From Narcine bancroftii (Eukaryota), in contig NC_091473.1 in the NCBI RefSeq assembly GCF_036971445.1, positions 205,778,001 to 205,842,000 on the forward strand: 64,000 nt of DNA, written 5' to 3'. Below the pieces are notes generated by a model that was not told the DNA's origin, searched no databases, and saw nothing but the letters and a program-made list of their open reading frames with translations. A program made the translations under genes and the position numbers. Shown here in pieces: positions 11,189 through 21,984 of this stretch; the stretch's first letter is position 1, and every line of letters begins with the position of its first letter.

Positions 11189-13435
11189 AGGTGTGGGCAG
11201 GATTCCCGTGTCTATTCCATCGAGACACGGCGCACACACGGGGATCCGCGGCCCTACATACCATTAACAATTCACTGGGGTGGGGGTAATGATCGCCAAT
11301 ACTTGGCTTTGGTTGACACCGGTGCAGAGCACTCGGTGATTCCTGGTAACCCCGACCTCTGGAACGGACCCACATTTCGAATAGAAGGAATGGGAGGGGC
11401 AATCACCCTGGCAAAGGAAATAAAAGTCCGTGCCACGGTGGGTGATGGCCCTTCCCCCATATGGTTACATGCGTTGGTAGCTGCCACTGACGAGTGTATT
11501 CTGGGTATTAATATGTTGGCCGGTACAGCCCTTAATACTAGCCAAGGGGGGTTTGCATTCGGAATTCGGACTATTACAAAAAGATTAGTGGTGGGTCAGG
11601 CCAAGTGGGATCCCGTGGTGGTGCCACCCCCCTCAAAACCTGTATGCATTCCGCAATATCGCCTCCCTGGAGGGCAGGAGGAGATTACCGCCACCATTGA
11701 TGCTTTGAAAGAAGAAGGGGTAGTGAGGCCTGCAACGTCGCCCTTCAATAGCCCTGTTTGGCCGGTCCAGAAGCTGGACGGCTCCTGGAGAATGACAGTT
11801 GATTATCGTTTTTTGAACAAACATGCCCCACCACTTGCTTCAGCAGTTCCGGACATTGTCACTCTTATTGAAAACATTGCTACTGGGAACTCAGGAACAT
11901 GGTATGCTGTCATTGATCTCGCTAAGGCCTTCTTCAGTATTCTTATAGCTGAGGACTCACAGGATCAGTTCGCCTTTACCTGGAAGGGGCGCCAGTATAC
12001 CTTCACCCACCTTCCAGTATCGCCTTCCCTCTCAATTCACCATTATATTGATGATGTGGCCTCCTGGAGCCTCTGGCAGAAACAAGAGGGTCGCCGAGTC
12101 CCACTAGGATTCTGGTCACGTACCATGCCTGAGGCTGCCACTCGTTATTCTGTTTTTGAACAACAGTTACTAGCCTGTTACTGGGCCCTGCTAGAGACTG
12201 AAAGAATGACAGGTGATGCAGATGTTCAATTGCGACCTGCACTTCCTATAATGAATTGGGTCCTGGCTAATGATGCTAATCTAAAGATCCGGCGGGCTCA
12301 GCAGTCTTCTATTGTTAAATGGAAGTGGTATATTCAGAGTCGTGCGACCAGAGGGCCTGAAGGGGTGGGCCGCATACACGAACAGGTGGCTTACCATCCT
12401 AGGTCAGGAACTCAGTTATCGGAGGAGGGGGATGGTGGCTCCAGTCAGTATGCTGAGTTGAAGGCAGTCACTTTACCACTAGATCCCCATGATCACCCTC
12501 TTCGCCTGTTTGCTGATTCCTGGGCTTTGGCTAATGGACTTGTGGTATGGATGCCTGATTTGCAAAAGAACAACTGGATGATACATGACCGCCCAGTATG
12601 GGGCAAAGAGTTGTGGCAGCTGTTGTGGGATGCTTCCCACCATCGTGAGATAACCGTTTATCACGTTGATGCCCATACCAATATGGCGACTAACATGGCT
12701 CAACATAATGCAGTAGCAGATCAGCTTGCCACTATCAGCTGTGCTGATACCGTCCCCCTGGCTCGATGGGCACATGAACAGAGTGGTCATTTGGGGGAGA
12801 AGGGATCAGCTATGTGGTCCCATACACATGCTTTATCCATCCATAAGGATGATGTCCGCATGGTCATATGTACATGCCCAGAATGTCAGCTTGTGAAGTT
12901 CCATACCGTTCCACCTGGTCCGCATGGCCGAATAAAACGGGGTGCTCACTCAGCTGCGGTCTGGCAAATTGATTACATAGGCCCCATGCTAGACTGCATG
13001 GGTAAATATTACGTCCTAGTAATGGTTGACACCTTTTCGGGCCTGGTTTTTACTTTTCCCACCAAGACGGCTGACCAAGCTAGCACTATCCAAGGACAAA
13101 ACCATTTGATTTATCGTTATGATGTTCCAGAGGAGATTCACTCTGATAATGGCTCGCACTTCTCCGGGAAAGCAATCTGTGATTGGGCAAATGACAACAG
13201 TATTTTATGGGTCCACCATATTCCTTATTACCCGCAGGCTGCCGGGTTAGTTGAACAAATGAACGGCTTACTGAAGGAACAAATTCATTTGTTAACATCA
13301 CTGGGGACCCAGAAGGGATGGTGCCATGTGCTGCAGCAGGCAGTCGACAATTTGAATCATCGCCCTTTAAAAGGAGGTACACCTTTCCACCGACTTCTTC
13401 ACGCTCCTGAATTACAGCCTATTCCAGAGGAATAA
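11189..13435 (+). CDS. pol: ERV Pro-Pol (PR, internally deleted RT/RNase H, integrase), in frame with gag after the TGA
   Basis: LALVDTGAE; SPFNSPVWPVQKLDGSWRMTVDYR; HYIDD; SSQYAELKAV; HHCC (WAHEQSGH..CPEC); WQIDYIGP / SDNGSHF / GLVEQMNG. A likely integrase C-terminal segment continues in frame at 13436-13624 after a TAA. Confidence 0.9.
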   Translation, partial: RCGQDSRVYSIETRRTHGDPRPYIPLTIHWGGGNDRQYLALVDTGAEHSVIPGNPDLWNGPTFRIEGMGGAITLAKEIKVRATVGDGPSPIWLHALVAATDECILGINMLAGTALNTSQGGFAFGIRTITKRLVVGQAKWDPVVVPPPSKPVCIPQYRLPGGQEEITATIDALKEEGVVRPATSPFNSPVWPVQKLDGSWRMTVDYRFLNKHAPPLASAVPDIVTLIENIATGNSGTWYAVIDLAKAFFSILIAEDSQDQFAFTWKGRQYTFTHLPVSPSLSIHHYIDDVASWSLWQKQEGRRVPLGFWSRTMPEAATRYSVFEQQLLACYWALLETERMTGDADVQLRPALPIMNWVLANDANLKIRRAQQSSIVKWKWYIQSRATRGPEGVGRIHEQVAYHPRSGTQLSEEGDGGSSQYAELKAVTLPLDPHDHPLRLFADSWALANGLVVWMPDLQKNNWMIHDRPVWGKELWQLLWDASHHREITVYHVDAHTNMATNMAQHNAVADQLATISCADTVPLARWAHEQSGHLGEKGSAMWSHTHALSIHKDDVRMVICTCPECQLVKFHTVPPGPHGRIKRGAHSAAVWQIDYIGPMLDCMGKYYVLVMVDTFSGLVFTFPTKTADQASTIQGQNHLIYRYDVPEEIHSDNGSHFSGKAICDWANDNSILWVHHIPYYPQAAGLVEQMNGLLKEQIHLLTSLGTQKGWCHVLQQAVDNLNHRPLKGGTPFHRLLHAPELQPIPEE

Positions 13436-13625
13436 CAGTCAATGCCCCCCATCCCCGAACTAGAGAATGTTGGACAAAAAGTATGGGTGGCACCACCAGG
13501 TAGTGGCCCTCCTGTAAAAGGGGAAATAGTGACACCTGCCCAGGGTAACACTCGGTGGGTAGCTATTGAGGGACAGGATGATTTAGTCTGTTTAAACACT
13601 GAACGCTTATGGTATCGTGAGTGAC

Positions 13626-14048
13626 ATGTGTCAGGCTTCTTTGTTCCAGGTTCTCCATTTTACACTCCTGGTGATCTGGCTTAACAGCTGCTTTGATGCC
13701 AGCAATTGGATTTGTAATGTCGAGGACGTTCCAAGGGAGTTCCCAGTGGGAAACACGGTCCGATGCATTACACCAAGGAAGTCCTCGGTCACCAGCCTCA
13801 AGTGCAGCTTATATAAATATGTTATTGTTCAGCATGTTTCAAAATCTGTTCGTGAGCTCCAGTATCTGGGTATTGTGGCCAACAAGGATAATTTGAGCCT
13901 TGGTTGGAATCCTTTCTCATGGCTAACTGCTACATTTGGGGGAGTGGGCCACAATATCCTCCGTTGGTTGCTCGCGTCATTGCTTATCTTTGTAATTGTT
14001 GTTTTGATTTCTCTTTTTTCGCTCCCTCTGTACTCAAATACTGGTTAG
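13626..14048 (+). CDS. env: Miniature env remnant (signal peptide, short Cys-containing ectodomain, membrane-proximal and TM region)
   Basis: Lies between pol and the polypurine tract; hydrophobic N-terminus; WNPFSWLTATFGG then LLASLLIFVIVVLISLF; splice acceptor TTCTTTGTTCCAG ends at 13649. Confidence 0.7.
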   Translation: MCQASLFQVLHFTLLVIWLNSCFDASNWICNVEDVPREFPVGNTVRCITPRKSSVTSLKCSLYKYVIVQHVSKSVRELQYLGIVANKDNLSLGWNPFSWLTATFGGVGHNILRWLLASLLIFVIVVLISLFSLPLYSNTG

Positions 14049-14073
14049 GCCTCGCAAATGACAGATTGTGACC

Positions 14074-14084
14074 AAGGGGTGGAA
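14074..14084 (+). promoter_or_regulatory. Polypurine tract (AAGGGGTGGAA)
   Basis: Immediately 5' of the 3' LTR. Confidence 0.75.
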
Positions 14085-14857
14085 TGTAATGGAGGATTAA
14101 AACCATGTACTCAGATGCTTTTTGCTTATGTGGAACTGACGACACTGGGTCCACACGCAGGTCACCTTACTTTCAGAACTAGCAGATGTAATTAAACTCA
14201 GCCATGGGGACTTATCTGAAGATACACTTTGAAATGGAATTCCACCGTGAGGCCCAGGGAAAGCAGTTGTCAAATACGACACTCTGAAATTGACGTATTG
14301 GTCACAACCTGTCTTGCTCAAGAAGTTTTAATGAGTCCTTGTATCTACGAGATAAACCAGGATATCATAGCATCCTGCTCCATAATAATTAATCTTCTAA
14401 ATTGTAGAATAGTATGCTCAGCTTTGATTTTGACTGACAAATGTTAGAGGGAGTGGGTGCATGATTAATTGTTTTTGGGGTATAAAAGTCTGTGGTCCTG
14501 CTGCTGAAGTTTAGACTCTCCGAGGGGTGGGAACACCCCTTGTCAAGAAGGAAGAACAGCCAGAGTCCGAGCAACGTCCCGGTCGGGGGAGGTGGAGAAG
14601 CTGCTACCAGCGCCCTGACAACCTACTACAAGTGTGCAGTTGTTGCCTCGCTTCGGCAGTTGGGACCAGTCCAAGCGTTGATAAGTATAGTTGGGAAGGG
14701 CTTGCATATTGTAGTGTGAAATCAGCTTTTGAATTAGTAATAAACATTTGTATAAACTGAACTGCTCTCGGTGTGTATGTCTATTTTCTTTCGGTAGCTA
14801 AAACACTGTGACCAATCTAAAATGAACAAAATGAGAGGTATAAGTTTACCCAAGACA
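14085..14857 (+). repeat. ERV 3' LTR (773 bp)
   Basis: Matches the 5' LTR except a net 11-bp indel near 14455-14466. Confidence 0.95.
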
Positions 14858-14862
14858 GCATC

Positions 14863-15292
14863 ATGTTCCTACTGAGTTGTTGACTGATTCTATGCACAGT
14901 TCCTCGTGGTGAGAGAGATTGGCCAGCACGTATCCAACGAGATCCGCTCGGACCCTATCCATTCCCATATTCTGTTTTATTTCAGGGACGATTGGGAACG
15001 ATTCATTGATTCAGGAACCCCGGGAATTGGCAGTCGATGAAGAGCAGATCGTATCACTGAGCTGCAATTACTCGATGGTTGCTAACGCATATGTTTGGTA
15101 CATTCAACGACCTGGAGAATCTCCCCAATATTTGCTTGAAATCTACACCTCAGGAAACGTGGTTCCGTCTCCCGAATGTCCGCAGAGAATATCGGATTAA
15201 TTGGAGAAAAAGAGTCAGACATTCCACCTCAACATCTCTAAAAGTCTTGTGGAGGATTCCGCGTGTGTCTCTCCGCCGTGAGACACACACTG
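14863..15292 (+). pseudogene. TRAV/TRDV-like V pseudogene (family A): leader 14863-14908 with TGA, V exon 14986-15285
   Basis: DSLIQEP..VSLSCNYSMVANAYVWYIQRPGESPQYLLEIY; TAA after RISD; heptamer at 15286-15292 with spacer and nonamer deleted. Confidence 0.88.
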
Positions 15293-15569
15293 TTCCTGAG
15301 TTCAATCGGACGCTGGGGATCGGGGTCCCCCTCGACCACGGAATGGAAGGGACAGCGCGATCTTCCTGAAGGGCCTGATGAAAAGTGGAGTTGCGGGAGA
15401 TTTGCCCTCCTCTGAGCGTTTCTCTTTCACTGAGTGCTCTTGGTCCGTGTTGTAGGTTGGAAGTCAGGGGCAGAGGGAGAAATAGGTAGGTATTTGTCAG
15501 TATATTGTAGGAAAATGAAGGAATGTTGGTTAGATGGAAGCTGAGAATTTTTTAAAAATCTTAGCCGCG

Positions 15570-15840
15570 CGGGTGGTTGGGACTAACGATCCCTCAAACC
15601 TGTTATTGCTAAAATGAAGAACTATCTCCTTGGTCTTTGTGATATTGAGAACATAATTTTTGTTCTCGAACCATGCAAACTGGTTCTCGAACACTATCCT
15701 ACATTCTGACTCATCGTTTCCAATTATTTGGGCAGCCGTGGTGGCGCCTTCAGCTAATTTGTAGATTGAGCTTGGAGTGAACTTGACTGAACATCTATGA
15801 GTGAACAGTGCTAAGTTTGAAGCGAGGGAGAAATTGGTAC
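15570..15840 (-). mobile_element. Rex1/L2-clade LINE RT fragment (copies at ~24880-25140 and ~34460-34730)
   Basis: The copy at 24866-25123 reads IYKLDADTT..ESECRMVIENQFGWFENDNYVLNITKTKELVVD. Confidence 0.65.
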
Positions 15841-16149
15841 TGCTCTCGAAAGATTAACTAAGTGTAAACGGATTCGCCTTAAGGAAGGAAGCGAAAGAGA
15901 ACACGAGAAGCGGCGAGAGGGTGCAGGAAAACAAATGAAGATGAAAGAAAGGGATGAGCGAGATTGAAGAAGAGAGAGACGTCTGGTGTATGAATGTAGA
16001 CAGGTAACACTTGGGGAAAAGAGTGAGAATGAGAACGGCCAACATTAATAACCAGGTTTCATTGGTTCTGTCACTAATGAGCCGATGTGTGAGGATGGCG
16101 CCCTCTTGTGCCGCTGCTGACGCGACCCCACTGTCTTATATCGGGCGAA

Positions 16150-16637
16150 GACATTGAAATACGCTCCTGTTTATATTCATCCTGGTTTTCTTCCACTTTA
16201 GTTATTTTCAGATTCTGTGGGCCGGATGACTTGGCGAGGCTTTGTTAATTGGTCATTCCGTGTCCCTCTCTGCTCAGGTTATTTCCTCGCACCTATGCAC
16301 TGCAGACTTCTTTCCCGAAACAAATGGCGAAATGCTCTGACACACGGACATGGCCGTGGGAAGGCAAGAAGTGGCACTGACACTAGTTATCCGACAAGTG
16401 TAACCTTATATTTTTGAGTCATTACAATTCCCGTGGACCGTGACATCTTGGATATAATATACTATTCGATACGCTTCCATCTCATTATCGTCCGTACAGG
16501 ATGACGGTTACTTTGGAGAAAGGGGCCTGGATATTCCACCTCAATGTTTCGAGAGCTCTTGAAGCGGACTTGGCCGTGTATCTCTGCGTGGTGCGGCTGA
16601 AAGTGTTCTTTGGAAATTGGGCAGATGCACAAAAGCT
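16150..16637 (+). pseudogene. V pseudogene (family B), heptamer mutated
   Basis: MTVTLEKGAWIFHLNVSRALEADLAVYLCVVR; nonamer ACAAAAGCT. Confidence 0.72.
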
Positions 16638-16719
16638 GATTCTGAAATCGGTTGTGGGTGGAAACAAAACCGGAGACAAGGGACGCGAGGCTCAGAGTGA
16701 GGCAGTCATATGGCAACTC

Positions 16720-18120
16720 GATCACACTCCCGCCACTCTCTGAGTGGAGGTTCCCCCTCAACCTTTCCTCTTTCACCATAAAGCTATGTCCAGTTGCAGT
16801 CATCTATCCAAATCTAATTGGAAAGAGCCTACTTAATTTTACAGTGTCTAAAACTCTCTTAAATTAGTAAATCTCAATCCAGCATCCCCTTATTCCTCAA
16901 CGCTACAAGTCCTAACGTGTGTAATATTTCCCTGTTATTCAACTCTTGAAGACTCACAACATCCAAGTAAGTCTCTTTGCACTCTTCCAATCTTAAATAA
17001 ACCCGTTGTATAGTTTGGCGACCGGAAGTGCACACAGAACTCCAAATGTTCTCATATTTTCTATACTCTTCTCGTTGCTCATTTTCTCTTTGTTCCCAAT
17101 ACACACTTTAGACCTTCTTCACCAGATCGTAAATGTCCTCGAAAACCAAGGTTCCCTCTGCCTGTTATCTGTGCCTTTAATCGTGATAGGAACGGGCAAA
17201 ATCTGCTCTCTCAAAATGTCGCATTTGAAGGCCTTCCATTGACTGAACATATATTTGCCATTAAACAGATTATTCCAGTCCACTACCTCGATCCTTTCAC
17301 ATTTCCATAAATTGGCCTCTCACTAATTTATAATATTAACTCGAGGGCTTGACTTATCCATATTAATATTTAATTTGAAAATAATGACATTATTGTCACT
17401 CGACCCAAATGTTCACCTACACGTGCTTCTGTCACCTGAACTGTATGGTTCCCTTACATGAGATCAAGTATTGCATCAGCTCTCGTTATGTTGAATAAGA
17501 AATCTTTCCTGAACAGATTTGACAAACGTTAAGCCACCCAGCCGTTTTACCACATGGGGGTCCAGTCAAGATATGGAAAATGAAAATCACCTTCTATCCC
17601 AACTTTCTGTTTCTTACATCGGTCTGCTTACTTTTTTCAGATTTGCACCGTCAATTATCTCGGACTATTGTACGGTCTATAATACAACCCTTTCAGAGTG
17701 GCTGCACCTTATCCGTTGCTTAGCTACATCCATATGGCCTCTGAGGCCTGTCCTGTCTAATCTCACTCCTCCCCCTTTCACCATCCCACATCATGTCTGA
17801 AAGAGAGAATCATGCAGCAATGTGCTGCCAGTCCTACTGCTCCTGCAACCACCTCTCACCAAAGGCAATAAAGACGCAATTCCACGCCTTAAAACCGCCC
17901 GCCTTTGTGGCAATACTCGTCGCTTTGAAATAAATAGAATATTTCTATCGTGTGCAAACCTTTGATTTCTGTATATACATGCAGTCCTCACATGGCATTC
18001 ATCCACATCCACCTCACTATCAGCTCTCACACTCTGGTTTCTCTCCCCCTACAAATCAAACTTAACCCTCCGCAACAGCATAAGCAATCCTGCCCGCAAG
18101 GCAGGATACAAACCCCCTGT
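16720..18120 (-). mobile_element. CR1-type LINE remnants (3' end and endonuclease pieces)
   Basis: GHSFMVKEERLRGNL..; homologous to 6310-7360 and 26060-27520. Confidence 0.75.
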
Positions 18121-18711
18121 CGGATATATTTGCTGGAAAATCCGCAGCTCAGGACTAAAGGTTCTGTCTCACTATTGGACGGACAGGATGAAGGGTTCCT
18201 TGGAGAAAAGTGAGATCCTGAAGCGGACTTGGTCGTTTATCTCTGTTCAGTGCGATTCACACCCTTCCTGGGATTTTGCGGAGGTACACAACGGCTCATT
18301 CTGATATGGGATATGGTTAGAGAGAAAAGGGGAGAAAGAAATGGATAGAGCGTGTTGAGGATTGAGAAAGGTTAAGCAGGTGAACGAATGAGACAGAGTG
18401 AGGTAGAACCGTAGAATGAATGAAGGTGTGAGACGGATGAGTGAGGAAAAACGAGGGAGGAGATTCAAAGAGGGCAGGCGAATGACGCGGGAGTGGACAT
18501 AGAGGGAGAAACTGAGCGAAGGACAGGGAACGAGATTGGGATTGTCTTATCAACTCAGTTTGGTTGGTTCAACCATGGCCACACGAACCAATCCTGTGTG
18601 AGGGTAACACTCTAATATCTGGCGCAGGCGTCATTTCGCTTACAACATCGCCGCACCCTTTTACAGTGTTAACACAGGGAAATCTTCAATTTAGTCCTTA
18701 ATCCGCGTACC

Positions 18712-19355
18712 ATGTCCCTCCTGAGTTGTGTGCTGATTCTGTGGGCCTTTCTGACTGGTGAGAAGGTCTGATTGGTCAGCGACGTCTATCCATCGTCTTT
18801 TCCCGTTGTATCTCCAGCTTTAACCTAATCAAAATTGAGAAATCCCCCAAAATGTTGTTTCCGACTTGGTATCGCGCTCTTATATAGTCGAGCATTTGTA
18901 AAATATTCTTCCTCCGAATTGAGTCCGGGCATTATTTTTCTACTGTGCTGTTGGCTGGTTGTTTGCGGCACTCTACCTGGTGAGAGTGATTGGTAAACAA
19001 GTCTAGTGGCATCAGCGTCATCCCGTGCGATTAACATCTTCTATTTTGTTCCAGGGGCGAGTGGGAACGATTCAGTTAATCAAGACCCCACGGAATTGGT
19101 GGTCTATGAAGGGCAGATCGTATCACTGAGCTGCAGTTACTTGAAGAGCCTGACGGCATATATTTGGTATATTCATCATCCTGGCGAATCTCCCAAATAT
19201 CTGCTGAAAATCTACACGTCAGGAGAGGCGTTTCCGTCTCGAGATTTTCCGGAGAGGATATCGGGTACATTGGAGAAAAAGAGTCAGAAATCCCACCTTA
19301 ACATCTCTAAAAGCCTTGTGGAGGATTCCGCCGTGTATCTCTGCGCAGTGAAGCA
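18712..19355 (+). CDS. TRAV: Potentially functional TCR alpha/delta V segment: distal leader exon 18712-18757 spliced to V exon 19055-19355
   Basis: Leader MSLLSCVLILWAFLT/G with G|GTGAGA (phase 1); acceptor TTTTGTTCCAG; open V with both Cys and the Trp (VSLSCSY..WYIHHPGESPKYLL..EDSAVYLCAVK). The proximal leader 18934-18979 has ATT in place of ATG. Confidence 0.8.
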
Positions 19356-19394
19356 CACGTTGTTCCCGGGCAGTGGCAGATCCGTACAAAAAAC
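19356..19394 (+). promoter_or_regulatory. 23-RSS (CACGTTG-23 bp-ACAAAAAAC)
   Basis: Spacer TTCCCGGGCAGTGGCAGATCCGT counted as 23 nt. Confidence 0.85.
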
Positions 19395-19976
19395 TTAGCA
19401 CACGAAATTCAATCGGACGCAGTGGGTCGGGGGCGCCCTCGATCACGGAATTGAAGCGGCCGCGCGACCGTCCTCGAGAGTCTGCAGGAACGGGGAGCGT
19501 GTGGAGTTCTGCCCTCCTCTGATCGTTTCTCTCTCTCTGCGTGCTCTATGTCTGAGGTGGGAGGTTGGAAGTCTTGAAGAAATAGACAGCTGTTTGCTGG
19601 AATATTGTTCTTAAACGATGGAGTGTTGTTAAGACAGAAGGGAGGGAGAGGTTATCACTACTATCGAAAGGTTAAGTAAGTGTAAGAGGGAGTCGCATCG
19701 AAACAGAACGGGAGAAGCGGCGAGGGGGCCCAGGAAAACAAGAGAAGGTGCTGGGAAGGGATGAGCGAGAGTGAAGAAGATAAAGACGTGGGGAGTGTAA
19801 ATGTAGGCAGAGAAACAAGAGCGAAAATTACTGAGAATGGGAACAGCCAACATTAATAACCAGATTTCATTGGTCCAGTAACTGCGCCCTATTGAGCCGA
19901 TGTGTGAGGAGGGCGCTCTCCTGTGTGTCCTAGAGGATGGGCCGCCATTGACGCGACCCTACAGTCTTAGACTAAA

Positions 19977-20464
19977 ATGTTGAAATATTCGCAGTTTATC
20001 TTCATGTTGGCTTGCTCCCCATTCAGTTGTTTGGTGATTCTGTGGACCGTTCAACTTGGCGAGCCTCTGACCTATTGGTCAGCGCTTGTCCCTCCTGGCT
20101 CAGCGCAATTCCTCGCATATCCTGCTCTGCGAGCTTCATTCCAGGAACAAATGGGGAAATGTAGTAACACACGGAAATGTCTGCGGGAAGCAAAGCAGAG
20201 TCACTGAAACTAGTTATACGACAAGTGTTACCTTATATTTTTGGGATGTCAAAATCTCCGTGGATCATGAAATCTTGGATATAATATCCAGTTCGATGTG
20301 GTTCAGACTCATGAACGTTCGGACAGGATGACGGTTACTTTGGAGAAAAGGGTCTGGATATTACACCTCAATATCTCGAAAGCTCTTGAAGCCGACTTGG
20401 CCGTGTGTAACTGCGCGGTGAGGCTCACACTGTTCTTTGGAAATTGCGGAGATGCACAAAAGCT
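19977..20464 (+). pseudogene. V pseudogene (family B) with 23-RSS at 20426-20464
   Basis: LHLNISKALEADLAVCNCAVR; CACACTG-TTCTTTGGAAATTGCGGAGATGC-ACAAAAGCT. Confidence 0.75.
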
Positions 20465-20841
20465 GATTCTGAAATTGGATGTGGGTGGAATCAAAACGGG
20501 AGGAATAGGCCGAGCACGTGAAAATGTTAGATAGAATGAGCTAGAGGAATAGAATGAAAGAAGGGGAGAGAGGGAGCGAGGGAGGAGATAAAAAGACGGA
20601 AGACACGGGGACTGTACAGATTGAGGGAGAAACCGTGAAAGAAGGAGAGTGCGATGCAGACTGTCTTCACAACGCGGTCTGATTGGTTTACGAATGATAT
20701 CATCAACAAATCTTGTGTGAAGGAAACTCATTCATATCTTCCCCAGGTTGTTTGCCCGCTCATAACATCGACCGAACCGTATTTCCCTATATTCAGCTGT
20801 AATACAGTGAAATCTTGGCATTTGACCTTAATCCGCAGATC

Positions 20842-21067
20842 ATGGATGTTCTGTGTTTTTTGCCGATACTTTGGGTCGTTTTGACTGGTGAGCATGTCCG
20901 ATATGTTACCGAACTCTGTCCACCCCGGTAGTCTACGTGTCTTTAACTTTAACATTAGTAAGGTTAGATGAATTCCCCCCAAGAATCAAGATCCTTAGCT
21001 GTCCCTCCGTTTACTCGTTTACTCTTTCACTGTCTACTTACTGATCTACGACGCGCGCCCCATTTCT

Positions 21068-21109
<42 letters not shown>

Positions 21110-21714
21110 GTCGCTCCTCGCCATTCTAATGAGAGAGAAACAAGTCCAGACTCCAAAAGAGATTTTTCAGCATCCGACGTGAGCATGTGACCTTGTATCG
21201 GGTGAGCATTTGGAAAATTTCTTTCTTCCGAATTGAGGCCGAGCATCATGTTCCTCCTGAAGATTGGGCAGATTCAAAGGGATGTTCAGCCAGCTGAGAC
21301 AGATTGGTTAACAAGTGCCGCGCGAGTGCAGTACAGTTCAGCGGCGTTCACTCATTCTGCTTTGTTCCAGGGGCGAGGTCAAAGGACTCGGTGACCCAAA
21401 GCCCGCCGGAAATGGTAGTCGATGAAGGGCAGATCGTATCAATGAACTATAGTTACTTGATTAGCCCCGACACTACTTTTTGGTACATTCAACATCCCGG
21501 AGAATCTCCACAATATTTGCTGAAAATCCAGACATCAGGACACGTGATTCCTTCTCGCGATTGGCCTGAGAGCATACATATCGGGTTCCTTAGAGAAAAT
21601 GAGCAAGAGATTCCACCTTAATATCTCACAAATCCGCGTGGAGGATTCCGCCCTGTATCTCTGCGCCCTGGAACTCACGCTGTTCCAGAGTGGCGGGGGA
21701 TCAGCACAAAAACT
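20842..21714 (+). pseudogene. V pseudogene (family A): distal leader 20842-20887, V exon 21371-21675, 23-RSS 21676-21714
   Basis: DSVTQSPPEMVVDEGQIVSMNYSY (first Cys lost); FWYIQHPGESPQYLL; frameshift; DSALYLCALE; CACGCTG-23-ACAAAAACT. Confidence 0.87.
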
Positions 21715-21984
21715 CACCTAGAGAATTTTCATCACTCGCGGTGGCTTGGGGGCGCTCTCGGTCCCCAGAAGCTAGTTCTGTCAATCAGATTAATAGAAGG
21801 GTGAAGTCAACGCCGAGGTGCTGGAGATTTCCCTCCTCTTAAGTTTCTTTTTCTCTGCATCCGTTTCGTTTCTTTGAGGTTGAAGGTAGGATGTCAGCGA
21901 GGGAGAAAAAGTGAACAGCTGTTTCCCAGAATATAGTAGTAAAAGGGAAGTTGTGTTTTTGTGATGGAAATTGAGAAGCTGATA

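Larger units (their letters stand above)
8606..14857 (+). mobile_element. Class III (ERV-S/ERV-L-like) endogenous retrovirus, two-LTR provirus
   Basis: TG...CA LTRs at 8606-9367 and 14085-14857; TSD GCATC at 8601-8605 and 14858-14862; PBS, polypurine tract and gag-pol-env order. Confidence 0.95.

Noticed and set aside
14822-14908. LTR-to-V leader fusion protein from U5 ATGs, or gag donor spliced to the V exon
   Set aside because: ATGs at 14822 and 14831 are out of frame with 14863, the leader has a TGA, the gag donor is phase 0 while the V acceptor is phase 1, and the V has a stop.
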